Positions 28,208 to 37,666 of a stretch of DNA of 64,000 bases are shown here, piece by piece (position 1 is the stretch's first letter; every line of letters starts with the position of its first letter). The stretch comes from a virus (lineage: Duplodnaviria; Caudoviricetes), in IMG/VR virus record IMGVR_UViG_3300020576_006344, positions 30,646-94,645 of that record. The stretch is one strand, 5' to 3'. Below the pieces are notes generated by a model. That model saw nothing but the letters and a program-made list of their open reading frames with translations. It was not told the origin of the DNA and did not search any database. Position numbers and translations under genes: made by a program.

Positions 28208-29478
28208 TATGTATCGGGATTTAGGAGGCTATTGAGTGAGGATAGCGCGGCGGCGTATTTCTCAGCTTTCTTCGCTGTTGCCTTGACATCTTCGAACACC
28301 TTGAACTTCTGTCGTATTTTCTCTGACTTCCTCTTTTGCTTCTCAAGAGCGATCTTTGCATAGTAGTTGGCCACCAGCTTCTTGAACTCTCTGATCAGGA
28401 AAGTCAGCATGATGGCCAGCAGCATCTTGAACATGCGGTTCGACAATTTGCGCGTGAAGGTCTTCTTCTCCTCGTTTTCGGGGTCGTTGAGAACATCGCA
28501 AGTGGAGTGAACGAGATCGTCCTGCGTGTAGTTGGAGCCCGCTGGTGTGGCATTTATGCCTGTCATGATGGGTCCTAGGAAAGGGGTCACCAGTGATGTC
28601 ATGTGGCTGATCATCCGTTCAACCATTATCTCAAAGAAGCTCCGGCCGCCAGATTCTCGGTTCGCCTCGGAGTTGATCGTTTGGACTTGGTTGCCCACGT
28701 GTTGGACAACGAAATTCAAGCTCTGTGCTGGTGTGATCACCTGTCCGGGAACGGTGAACTGGCCTCCACCTTCGAAGATGATGGATGGGTCTTGTGGGAG
28801 CGCCACATGCACATCCTGACAACTGATGGTGAACATGACCTTGCCACGCTCAAGCTGTCTTGCCAAGGCCACGCGGTTGTACTCTAGGTCTTGTTCTTGA
28901 ACGATGGGCTCATTGCTCATGGAGAAGGCGAACGCGCTGCAAATGGCCTCATCTATCAGACGCTGCCGTTGTACAGGGTCCGGATTCAGGTATTCAGCCG
29001 CTGGGCCGTCTTTCGGTCCGAAGAGCATGATGACTAGGTCTTTCGCGATCCGCTGCTTCACCACCGAGAGGAAGTTTGCTGGCAGCCCCATTTGGGAGCG
29101 CATGTACACGAGATTCTGCTCTTCGTACTGCTTTGTGAGGACCGGCGTCATGTCGGCCGTGGGTGTGTTCGTGTTGGGCAGGAGAGTGCCTTTTCTGGCC
29201 AGCGAGGCGGCCATGCCGCGCAGTACTTCCTTCTCCAAGAAATCCCCCGCCACATCGAACACCTTGTTCACGAACAGGAGGAACAACGGTTCCAACGTGA
29301 AGCCCATGGTGTTGATGATCTTCTTAAGGTAATCGTAGCTTGATACCTGCGCTGATTTGGGCACGCGCATCTTCTTCGCAGAGGTCAACGTGAGCAAGCT
29401 CTTCATGGAGCTTACCTTGGCGTTGAGTTCGCTCTGGGATTCGGTCAGCGGCGTTCCTACAGGCAGTTTCAGGGCCAT
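28207..29478 (-). CDS. Hypothetical virion protein
   Basis: 423 aa, coupled genes. Confidence 0.72.
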   Translation of the reverse strand: MALKLPVGTPLTESQSELNAKVSSMKSLLTLTSAKKMRVPKSAQVSSYDYLKKIINTMGFTLEPLFLLFVNKVFDVAGDFLEKEVLRGMAASLARKGTLLPNTNTPTADMTPVLTKQYEEQNLVYMRSQMGLPANFLSVVKQRIAKDLVIMLFGPKDGPAAEYLNPDPVQRQRLIDEAICSAFAFSMSNEPIVQEQDLEYNRVALARQLERGKVMFTISCQDVHVALPQDPSIIFEGGGQFTVPGQVITPAQSLNFVVQHVGNQVQTINSEANRESGGRSFFEIMVERMISHMTSLVTPFLGPIMTGINATPAGSNYTQDDLVHSTCDVLNDPENEEKKTFTRKLSNRMFKMLLAIMLTFLIREFKKLVANYYAKIALEKQKRKSEKIRQKFKVFEDVKATAKKAEKYAAALSSLNSLLNPDT

Positions 29479-29888
29479 CAGCTATCGGTCTTATCGTTCG
29501 GATTCTCGATCGGAGGCAGCTTCTTCCTGCGCTCGCCTAGGACGTTCAGGGCACGCATGGCGATCTCCTTCTTCTCATCATCGCTCAGCAGCCCCCCTAC
29601 CACTCCGGCCGTGGAACCATCATTGTAGGCCAATTTCATGATATCCTTGACCATATCACCCAAGTAGTTCGATGACTTGCAGGCAGAGTCCAGATACATG
29701 ATCGATGTCTTGCCTTTGAGCCAGAAATCGTCCTCGCCCATCTCTTCATTGGAGCGCTTGAACCTGTCAAGAGCAAGGTCTCTTTCCTCCATTTTGAATG
29801 AGGCGACCTTGCTCAGCATTTTCAGAACGGCGTCTTTGTTGACCTCTATCTGAGGGAAACCGTTCTTGTATTCATCGTTGTCTTCCAT
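29478..29888 (-). CDS. Hypothetical protein
   Basis: 136 aa; TATTTA 17 nt upstream. Confidence 0.7.
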   Translation of the reverse strand: MEDNDEYKNGFPQIEVNKDAVLKMLSKVASFKMEERDLALDRFKRSNEEMGEDDFWLKGKTSIMYLDSACKSSNYLGDMVKDIMKLAYNDGSTAGVVGGLLSDDEKKEIAMRALNVLGERRKKLPPIENPNDKTDS

Positions 29889-29925
29889 GCACTTTTCGTT
29901 TCAAGTAAATAGGAAAGCCACGAAT

Positions 29926-30300
29926 TCAGGGGGTAAACAGGTATCCTTGCTTGATATCCTGAAAGTCCCCAACGGCGCGTTCCATGGCCTCTTCAACGAA
30001 TGTCAGATGCAATCCGGTGCGCTCCCCGACGAAGACCCTGAAGTTGTCAGGGTTCTGCGCCAGCAGAAGAAGCAGGGCCGTATCATACATGTGGAAATAA
30101 GACAGCGTGTGGATGATGCTCCCCACTACGAAGTAGTCGTCGCTATCATTGTTGACGTGCATTTCTGCGCGCACTTCAAGGCTTTCAAGCAAAAAGAGAT
30201 AGAAGCCGATGAGCTTCTCGTCTTCAATATCTTCACATTCATCGAAGAAGATGGACCTCAACAGGTATCGGAACGCCTTTTTCCTGTCATCGATGCTCAA
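29926..30300 (-). CDS. Hypothetical protein
   Basis: 124 aa; TTG start overlapping the upstream TGA. Confidence 0.6.
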   Translation of the reverse strand: MSIDDRKKAFRYLLRSIFFDECEDIEDEKLIGFYLFLLESLEVRAEMHVNNDSDDYFVVGSIIHTLSYFHMYDTALLLLLAQNPDNFRVFVGERTGLHLTFVEEAMERAVGDFQDIKQGYLFTP

Positions 30301-31265
30301 CTCTTGTCCTTGTTGTAGAAATCCTTCTTCTTTTCCTTGTAGAGGTTGCGCAGTTTGGTGAGGCTCTTGCTCATATCCTCTTTGGAGAGTTTGGACCTGT
30401 CTGCGATGAAGTCCAAGATGTTCCCTTTGCTGTATCGATTGTCGTCAATGCTGGCGTCGAACCTCTGAGCACCAGATATGGCGTGCTTCGCGCTGTTGGT
30501 CTTTCTCAACTCTTCCAGTTCATCGGAGGTCAACTTCTGGTCACCATGGCCCTTGAACAGAACGAGAATGGAATCTAGGACCTTCTTGTCGTTGTCGTTC
30601 AACGCCTTGTTGTTCATGTTCTTCTCAAAGGCGATCACCATGTGATTGAACAGGTCCATCATCTCATCGGACTCGGCCGTATCACCTAGCTCGTAGTTCT
30701 CGCGTTCATCCACCTCCTCCATGTGGTCATCGTAGTTCAAGTTGATGGACTTGAGCATATCAAGGTCCTTCTTCTTGTTCTGCAAATAGTGTTTGGCGAT
30801 GGTGCCGAAATACGAGAACGACTTCGTGTTCTGGTCTGGGTCGAACTTGTAGAACTTCTCGTATACATGAGACATGCAATCGTTGTGCAGTGTCTTCACG
30901 TCTATGTCGTAGCGGAACAGCTTGAAGCTGAATATGATGTTCTCTATCAATCGGTTCAGCGGGGTACGTATCTTCTTCCTGAAGATAAGCTCCTTCTTGT
31001 GCTGGGTCCTGTCCGAGCGGCTCTTCCGGATCTTGGATTCCAATTCGGCGACGTGGCCATCTTCAATAGAAGAGTCATACTTGTCAGACTCCCTCAGGGT
31101 CTTCAAATAGTTCGCCAGCTTGCTGCTGAGATGATCGAAGTCCATGGAAAGATACTCTTTGACGGCCGCTTCCGTCTCATCGTTCCAGTATATCTTCTGT
31201 TTCTTCTCTAGCTCAACTGTAAGTGCGAGTGTATTACCGGTTCTTATCTCAATTTGCAGGCTCAT
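30297..31265 (-). CDS. Phage RNA polymerase sigma-factor-like protein (candidate gp55-type late sigma)
   Basis: Region-2-like LNRLIENII...LHNDC...KFYKFDPDQNTKSFSYFGTIAKHYL; C-terminal HTH-like segment. Confidence 0.68.
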   Translation of the reverse strand: MSLQIEIRTGNTLALTVELEKKQKIYWNDETEAAVKEYLSMDFDHLSSKLANYLKTLRESDKYDSSIEDGHVAELESKIRKSRSDRTQHKKELIFRKKIRTPLNRLIENIIFSFKLFRYDIDVKTLHNDCMSHVYEKFYKFDPDQNTKSFSYFGTIAKHYLQNKKKDLDMLKSINLNYDDHMEEVDERENYELGDTAESDEMMDLFNHMVIAFEKNMNNKALNDNDKKVLDSILVLFKGHGDQKLTSDELEELRKTNSAKHAISGAQRFDASIDDNRYSKGNILDFIADRSKLSKEDMSKSLTKLRNLYKEKKKDFYNKDKS

Positions 31266-32229
31266 ACTTTATCTCACTGTTATCCTCCTCCATGAAGTAT
31301 GCGTCAGTAGCGTACTTGCCCCAGAACTGTGCTTCCTCGGCAGAAAGCCCTCCCTTGTCGGCCGGAAGGCTGAGCAGGGTGTGGGGTATCTTGCTTGAGC
31401 GTTGATCATAGCTCTGGAGTTCCACCACGCGCATCTCATATCCGATGCGCGGGATGTTCATCATCTTGTTGTCGTTGTAGGCAGACCGCAGGAAGAACTC
31501 GTAATAGTTGAACAGCTTGATGCTGTGCTTCATCGGGTATAGGAGTCCGTCCGCCTTCGTCTCATAGGCCGCAGAACCTTTGAGCATGTTATCGATCACG
31601 CATGTTGCTCCCAGCGGATGTGCGGCGAAGTTGAACTTGAGCAGAAGATTGTTGTCATACTTGCCGACCTCCTCGGCCATTCCATCTGCCCAGCATGATT
31701 CGTTCATGAACCCATGGAACGCACCGAAGTTCATGTGCTTGATCAATGGGAAGAACATGCTGATCTCGGGGTTCTCGTCGTGCCACGTCTCAACGAGTTC
31801 GAACCATCTCAAGGAATACACGTCTTCCGGCTCCGTAATGGACGCATACTTGTATCCGTGTTCAACAGCGGCTTGGAACACCTTGTTGAAGACGTCCGAG
31901 AAGTTCGATGCTTCGACCTTTTCGACCACATAGTTCAGGACATTGGTGGCGCTCTCGGTGACGATCTCCTCTTTTTCCGTCTCCGTGCCATCCTCGTTCT
32001 TGACCTTGATCTTGTTCTTGGTCCGCATCTGCACTGTCGGGTTCTTGGCTATAGCGTGCAGTTTCTCCACATCAGCATCGGACAGGTCCGAATGAAGAAT
32101 GAGAAGGTTCACGGGCGAGTTCTGCATGGCAATGCTGAACAACGACTCGTTCAAGAAGCCTGCGTGTTCGATGTTCCTTACGAACATCCCCACGAGGATA
32201 TCACTGTTTTTTAGATCTTTCAAGCTCAT
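31249..32229 (-). CDS. GT-A (GT2-like) glycosyltransferase, divergent
   Basis: LNESLFSIAMQ...YASITEPEDVY..WF...YEFFLR; start reassigned to ATG 32229. Confidence 0.65.
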   Translation of the reverse strand: MSLKDLKNSDILVGMFVRNIEHAGFLNESLFSIAMQNSPVNLLILHSDLSDADVEKLHAIAKNPTVQMRTKNKIKVKNEDGTETEKEEIVTESATNVLNYVVEKVEASNFSDVFNKVFQAAVEHGYKYASITEPEDVYSLRWFELVETWHDENPEISMFFPLIKHMNFGAFHGFMNESCWADGMAEEVGKYDNNLLLKFNFAAHPLGATCVIDNMLKGSAAYETKADGLLYPMKHSIKLFNYYEFFLRSAYNDNKMMNIPRIGYEMRVVELQSYDQRSSKIPHTLLSLPADKGGLSAEEAQFWGKYATDAYFMEEDNSEIKYEPAN

Positions 32230-33415
32230 GTACTCTCTGTGTTTTGTATTCTTCAACAATCTCAATGATGCGGTTCTTCTCGCCTTCCACCGTGTACCTC
32301 TTGAGTACTTCTTCATAGGTAGACTGCGTGTCTTCCATGTCCATTTCTCCGCTCAACCATTTGTCGAGTGCTACGCCGATCATTTCGCTCATTTGGAAAA
32401 CGTCGCCGTTGTTGCACCAGTATCCGTTGTTGTGCTCGATGTACTCCTTGCTGCCGAACGCCGCCCATCCGATGACGTGCGTGCCGCAGGCCATGGCTTC
32501 CAGAGGAAGCGTGCCGAACCCGGCCACGTCATCCGCGTAGAGAACGAACGCACAGGATTTGATGCGCTCAGCGAACTCCTCGCGGCTCAGATTCGATAGC
32601 TCAACGAACTTTACCCATCGGAAGTGCGGGCAGGTGTTGGCGAACATCTTCATCATGTTCACCAGCTTCATCTGACCGATCGAATCACGCGCGTTGACGT
32701 AACCGATGCATGGGTATTTCTCCGACTTCTTTGATGGTGGTCGGAATATCTCCCGGTTGATACCTTGATGGATACGCTTGATGTTCATGCCCGGCATTAC
32801 CGTGTCGATGAACTCAGTGATGGCGTCGGACACGCTGATCACATCCTTGATGCCGAAGTTCTGCCATGTCTGGCCATACTGCATGCCGGACAAGATGTAT
32901 AGCCAGCTTTGTGCGAGGACGATACGTTTGCATGACACCTGTGCGGTCTTCTCCATGATGTTGGGGAATCCCTCAGGGATGATGAACAGGTCCTGTGTGT
33001 CCACTTTCAGTGGATGTGTGCTCTGCGTCTCACCGTTGGTGAACAGGACCGACCCGTTCTCATCTCCAAGGGGAACGAAATCGATGTCGGCAATGCTGAA
33101 GTCCACCCACGTGGGGTGGAACTTATCGAAGATGTCCACGCGTTTCTTGGCCTTGTTGGAGGCGTCCATGCTGGCCTTCTGGTCGAACCGTGGCTCATAC
33201 CAGATCTTCACTCGTGTGCCATTGTCCTTCAGGGACCGCGCCAAACGAAGCAAGACGCCGATGCCACCGCTTGGGGTGTTCATGGCCGGAGAATAGAAGT
33301 GTACAGTGAAGTCATTGCCCTTCACCTTCTCTATCACCGTATCAATAAAGTCGTTATGAGACTTCTCTTTTGGGGCCTCAACTTGTTGCTCGACAGCTTC
33401 CAAATTCTCTTCCAT
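32201..33415 (-). CDS. GT-B (GT4-like) glycosyltransferase
   Basis: PSGGIGVL, IIPEG, INREIF.P, GFGTLPLEAMACG. Confidence 0.85.
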   Translation of the reverse strand: MEENLEAVEQQVEAPKEKSHNDFIDTVIEKVKGNDFTVHFYSPAMNTPSGGIGVLLRLARSLKDNGTRVKIWYEPRFDQKASMDASNKAKKRVDIFDKFHPTWVDFSIADIDFVPLGDENGSVLFTNGETQSTHPLKVDTQDLFIIPEGFPNIMEKTAQVSCKRIVLAQSWLYILSGMQYGQTWQNFGIKDVISVSDAITEFIDTVMPGMNIKRIHQGINREIFRPPSKKSEKYPCIGYVNARDSIGQMKLVNMMKMFANTCPHFRWVKFVELSNLSREEFAERIKSCAFVLYADDVAGFGTLPLEAMACGTHVIGWAAFGSKEYIEHNNGYWCNNGDVFQMSEMIGVALDKWLSGEMDMEDTQSTYEEVLKRYTVEGEKNRIIEIVEEYKTQRVHELERSKKQ

Positions 33416-33431
33416 ATTTACTGGCTTTGAT

Positions 33432-33462
33432 TAAACATATCCCTGTTGCTGTTGAAAACAAA
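33432..33462 (-). promoter_or_regulatory. Bacteroidota-type promoter TTTG-N19-TATGTTTA
   Basis: Both elements are present upstream of ATG 33415, with one mismatch in the -7 box. Confidence 0.5.
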
Positions 33463-33470
33463 CTAACATC

Positions 33471-33506
33471 AACAAAAAGAGGAGACTTTCGCCTCCTCTT
33501 TGTTTG
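33471..33506 (-). terminator. Intrinsic terminator after the vWA gene
   Basis: AAAGAGGAG/CTCCTCTTT stem flanked by A/T tracts. Confidence 0.75.
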
Positions 33507-33518
33507 AATGAAGTTCGA

Positions 33519-34370
33519 TCACTTGTTCGTCGTGGTCGTCGTGTTGTCAACCACGTTAGTGGTTATGCTGGGTGCGCTGTTGTTTGTTGTGCTGGACTGC
33601 TGGCTCTTGGAGTCTATGTCCGACAGGTCCAGTTCCTCCTTGAGCATACCGGAACCATCAGACACGAACGACATGTAATCGTTCGTATCGAGTTCAACAC
33701 CGCGCGTCTTGGAGAATGCCCTACGTGCGTGAATGTTGCCAAGAGCCACAGAAGCAGTGTACATACCAGAATTCGAATAACTTGCGTTGGCAATGTTGCC
33801 TGAGGCCACGCCGTAAGACTTCGCCTCAAGAACCGACTTTTCGTTGGCTCCAACGAACATCACGGACCAGTTCTTCTTGGCGTTGGCTTCATTCACCAAA
33901 GTCTTGAGCTTCTCGGCCGTGTACTCCTTGGAAGCGTTCTCTTCTCCATCGGTGAGAACCACGATGCAAGCCTCTGTGCTGTCTTTCTTTTCCTCAAGGA
34001 TGGCTCCGTGCTTGATCTTCAGGTTTGCGATGGCCATACCCATTGCGTCGCGCAGAGCGGTCATGCCGCGTGGCACGTATGTGTGCTCGGTCAATGGCTG
34101 AACATCATCCACTGGCTTGTTGTCGATGACGGTCTCAATGATATCATCGAATATCACCAGAGAAACGATGTACTTCTGATCGGGGTATTCCTTCTGTAGG
34201 CGCTTCAGTGTGCCGATCTGCTCATTGTAGTTGTCGATGGTGGCCTTTTGGATGCCAGACATCGAACCGCTCCGGTCTAACACGAACACATAGTAGGTGG
34301 TGTCCTTCTTTGCAACAATGTCCTCTACCGTAGTTACTACTGTAGTTGTTGTTGTCGTCTTCTTGCTCAT
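33519..34370 (-). CDS. von Willebrand factor A (vWA) domain protein
   Basis: MIDAS DRSGSM, GMTALRDA, LTDGEENAS; Thr-rich termini; start likely ATG 34370. Confidence 0.88.
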   Translation of the reverse strand: MSKKTTTTTTVVTTVEDIVAKKDTTYYVFVLDRSGSMSGIQKATIDNYNEQIGTLKRLQKEYPDQKYIVSLVIFDDIIETVIDNKPVDDVQPLTEHTYVPRGMTALRDAMGMAIANLKIKHGAILEEKKDSTEACIVVLTDGEENASKEYTAEKLKTLVNEANAKKNWSVMFVGANEKSVLEAKSYGVASGNIANASYSNSGMYTASVALGNIHARRAFSKTRGVELDTNDYMSFVSDGSGMLKEELDLSDIDSKSQQSSTTNNSAPSITTNVVDNTTTTTNK

Positions 34371-34396
34371 TTCTATACTTGGTTTGGTTATATCTA

Positions 34397-35167
34397 TCAC
34401 TTGAAAAGTTTATCGAGGATTCCGGACGACATGACCTCCTTGAGCCCACTATAGGTGTACTCGATATTGTCGTATTGGTTCCAGTCGCGCAGAATGCGGA
34501 TGACGAACTTGTCGCTGGGAACAGCCTGAAGAGCACGTGCGCTGGCGTCAATGAGCACATCGCAGTAGTCCCACTTGTCCTCCTCGCGGTCCACGAATTG
34601 GATAGACCTTGACCGCGCATGATGCTTGGCTAGAAAGTTGAAGGTGGCCGGAATGGCCTGCTTCTGTGCAGTGGCGATCAACACGGTGTTGAAGAGGCCT
34701 TTTTGCTTGCCATACCCTTGAATGCGGTTGAACATCTCGGTGGCGCCATCGTACTCCTGCGCTCCGGCAAAGATCTGGAAGGGATAATCGTCATAGATGA
34801 ACTTCTGTAGTGCCTGCTTGGGCGTAAGCACCATCTCATCGTCCTTACCGTCGACCGTCTTCATGAAGTCCATGCGCTGCTCATCGAACCGATAGTGGTT
34901 GAGCAGGTCTTCGCTGGTCACCGGTAACGATATGAGTTCCCGTTCCTTCTTGCCGATCATCTCCTCGATGAGCTTTTCCTCATCCTCCGTCCGGCTCTGA
35001 ACAACGAAGTCTTTGTCGTCCATGCCGTTGACTATCGCATCGGTGTGCGATGGGATGCTGGCGTTCACCAACGAGTCGTTGTGGATGAACGTCTTTACGT
35101 AGGTCTTGTGGAATTGCGTGTTGAAATCCCTAATAACACCATCTATAGCTATTCCTAATGTTCTCAT
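34397..35167 (-). CDS. HAD-family 5'(3')-nucleotidase-like protein with a degenerate motif I
   Basis: GIAIDGVIRDF (DxD first Asp replaced by Ala), CDVLIDA, RDWNQ. Confidence 0.62.
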   Translation of the reverse strand: MRTLGIAIDGVIRDFNTQFHKTYVKTFIHNDSLVNASIPSHTDAIVNGMDDKDFVVQSRTEDEEKLIEEMIGKKERELISLPVTSEDLLNHYRFDEQRMDFMKTVDGKDDEMVLTPKQALQKFIYDDYPFQIFAGAQEYDGATEMFNRIQGYGKQKGLFNTVLIATAQKQAIPATFNFLAKHHARSRSIQFVDREEDKWDYCDVLIDASARALQAVPSDKFVIRILRDWNQYDNIEYTYSGLKEVMSSGILDKLFK

Positions 35168-35203
35168 GATACAATCTAATGAATTAGGACGCTCTTTTCC
35201 AAA

Positions 35204-35905
35204 TCACTCTGGAGGCCTCCCGTAGATGGTTTCGAAATCCGCATGTATCTGCGCAACCTTGTTGCCATGAATCGGGTCGAACACCCCTTTGCCCGAGTAG
35301 TGTATCATGTGCGAGGCGAACCTGTTGGGGAATCCGTTCCACTGCTCATAGAACATGCCCATGTGGTTGAAGGTGAATGGAAGCTCTTGTATTTTGTGGC
35401 CCAACTGGTGGATCCTGTAGGCCATATGCACATCATCAAAGCCGAACTCATTCCATACCTCGCCATTGATCTCTTGAAACACATCGGCGTGCTTTTTGGA
35501 GAATACGATGCAGCCACTGTTGATGTATCCTTCTCTCCATCCGACATCACCCCATCTTTTCTGGGAAGCAGCGATCATTTGGCGACGATGGTCCTGCCTG
35601 CTGCCTTTGTCCTCAAGCACCGTCCCTATGCAGTCCTCATCAACGACATCGAACACGCTTGGGGCGTTCTTGTTGATCATGATGTCGGCGTCCAAGTTGA
35701 GCACCCTATCATAAGTGTTCAGGAGGTTGGCGATTTCGAATATACGGTAGTGGAAATGCCCGTCTCCAACCGTATTCTCGTAGTTGTGACTGAGCAACTG
35801 GAAATCGGCGCCAACCTTCTTGGCGTACTCCATTATGAGCGGGAGCGTAACGTTGGTGTAACTTCCGATGTTCTTGTCGGCGCGGACAGTAATGAGTTTC
35901 TTCAT
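35204..35905 (-). CDS. GT8-like glycosyltransferase
   Basis: YDRVLNLDADIMI, YINSGCIV, MIHYSG. Confidence 0.8.
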   Translation of the reverse strand: MKKLITVRADKNIGSYTNVTLPLIMEYAKKVGADFQLLSHNYENTVGDGHFHYRIFEIANLLNTYDRVLNLDADIMINKNAPSVFDVVDEDCIGTVLEDKGSRQDHRRQMIAASQKRWGDVGWREGYINSGCIVFSKKHADVFQEINGEVWNEFGFDDVHMAYRIHQLGHKIQELPFTFNHMGMFYEQWNGFPNRFASHMIHYSGKGVFDPIHGNKVAQIHADFETIYGRPPE

Positions 35906-36528
35906 TTTGCAAAGTAGTGTTCGTTCTTGGGAAATTCCTGATGGGAGAATCCCGCTCTCGCCATTCTCTCTATAAGCGCCTTGTTCTTTCCGTCAGTGTG
36001 CAACTCTACCGATATCTGTTTGATCCTTTGAAGGTAAGTATCATCAAGGTTTTGCAGAACATCATACTCAGCATCCTCGATGTCCATTTTCAGATAGTCA
36101 ACGTGTTGAATGGAGTATTGGTCCATCAACAGGTCAAGTCGCGTCGTTTCCACTTCGTAATCCAACATGCCAACACCGGCACCTCTTTGGGACAGGAACG
36201 GCTTGTGATGCCCATATATGTTACCCCACTCAAAATATCCATCAGTGCCTTGTGCAGGATCGCCGAAGTACTCAGTATAAGTTATGCTGCTCTGATCGGT
36301 GCCCACCAGTGCCTTATGGATAAGCGTTATATTGCTGAAGTCGGCATTGCCGATGTGTACTATATTGGACTTGGAGCATTCTATGCAGAAGATATGGCAA
36401 TTGTAGAATTTCCGCATCTTCTTTACGAATCCTCCACGACCAGCGCCTGCATCTATCATGACTGACCCATTGTTGATGAGATCCATGTCAATGACATGGT
36501 TCAGCCCTTCGTGTAATATGGTGATCAT
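35902..36528 (-). CDS. FkbM-family methyltransferase
   Basis: IDAGAGRG, DYLKMDIEDAEY, QISVELH; start at ATG 36528 (ATGA overlap). Confidence 0.88.
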   Translation of the reverse strand: MITILHEGLNHVIDMDLINNGSVMIDAGAGRGGFVKKMRKFYNCHIFCIECSKSNIVHIGNADFSNITLIHKALVGTDQSSITYTEYFGDPAQGTDGYFEWGNIYGHHKPFLSQRGAGVGMLDYEVETTRLDLLMDQYSIQHVDYLKMDIEDAEYDVLQNLDDTYLQRIKQISVELHTDGKNKALIERMARAGFSHQEFPKNEHYFAK

Positions 36529-37070
36529 TTCTTCAGGAACGTGATTTGCAAATACCCACAATCTTGTACAAATTTATGCTCGCTTGTTAGTCTGGCCGCA
36601 GATGCAAGACCAGCAAGGTCATAGTAGCCGTGCCCGAATATGGAGGAGGTATCGCGCTTGGTCTCGTCGACCACTATCACCATACCTCCGTCGTTCAATA
36701 GGTCCTTGCACTTGACCAGAAGGTCCGGCATGAGAGTAATGAGCAAATAGAACGTGCCGAACAGCAAGAGAGTGTCGTACTTGTCCTCTGTTTGGAACTC
36801 GCCGAAACTGCTCCTGATATAGGTGATATTATCACGCCTGTACGCATCATGAGGGTCCCTGTAAGCGTCTATGGCAGTGACTTTTTCCACGTATTGTGAC
36901 AGTTCACAAGCGAATCTTCCGTTGCCGCATCCGACATCCAAAAGGGTTTTTCTTGGACCCAACCGTTCCAGAACGGAGGGCAGGATCTCTTTGCGGAACG
37001 TATCCAGACTGTTCGGATGTCTGGTGTCCAGATCATCGTCGCCGTATCGCTGTATTCCAATGTCGCTCAT
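36525..37070 (-). CDS. Class I SAM-dependent methyltransferase
   Basis: LLDVGCGNG, LNDGG. Confidence 0.88.
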   Translation of the reverse strand: MSDIGIQRYGDDDLDTRHPNSLDTFRKEILPSVLERLGPRKTLLDVGCGNGRFACELSQYVEKVTAIDAYRDPHDAYRRDNITYIRSSFGEFQTEDKYDTLLLFGTFYLLITLMPDLLVKCKDLLNDGGMVIVVDETKRDTSSIFGHGYYDLAGLASAARLTSEHKFVQDCGYLQITFLKK

Positions 37071-37666
37071 TGGTGGTAAATAGGAAATTTTGACAGGTCA
37101 GGATAGTCGGGGTTCTCCTCAAGGTCCTCGTTGTTCTGCGGCATGGCGCTCATGAGCCATAGGCCTCTTGCGGCCTGTTCTGGGGACATATAGACGTTCC
37201 ATCCGAGCATTGTGAACTCATCGTCCACCAGAGCGCATTCCGACCTTCCATCAAACCTCGCTTTCTTTAGCCATTTATAGGCCTGCTCATCATCGGTCAG
37301 GATTATGCCGCCGCGACCTATCTTGAGATGCTTCTTGTGGTGGAATGACAGACAATGAAGCGTGTCCTTGATGTACATGTCCTTGGTGAAGCGCTTAGCT
37401 CCATCAACGATGCCTACTGGGTCCAATGTGTACACGCCTTTCCAAGCGTAGTCCTTGAACTTCACCTTGGCTCCAGCGTGAATGATGGCACATGGAACGG
37501 AAGGATATGTCCTTGATGGCATTTCTATCTCCATTCCCTTCACGTTCCTGTACATCAGGGACAGGAATATGGCATTACTGCAACTGTCGACCGATACGGC
37601 GTACTTGCTTCCGGCATAGGAAGCCACCGTCTCCTCGAACTTACGCACTACGTCAAACGCAACCAT
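37067..37666 (-). CDS. Short DegT/DnrJ/EryC1/StrS sugar aminotransferase
   Basis: FEETVASYAG..YAV.VDSCSNA, LSFHHKKHLKIGRGG; only 199 aa. Confidence 0.85.
   Translation of the reverse strand: MVAFDVVRKFEETVASYAGSKYAVSVDSCSNAIFLSLMYRNVKGMEIEMPSRTYPSVPCAIIHAGAKVKFKDYAWKGVYTLDPVGIVDGAKRFTKDMYIKDTLHCLSFHHKKHLKIGRGGIILTDDEQAYKWLKKARFDGRSECALVDDEFTMLGWNVYMSPEQAARGLWLMSAMPQNNEDLEENPDYPDLSKFPIYHQ

Noticed and set aside
33415-33420. TATTTA on the + strand next to the GT4 start
   Set aside because: It points away from the gene with no downstream ORF, so it is probably chance; noted as an exception to the motif pattern.
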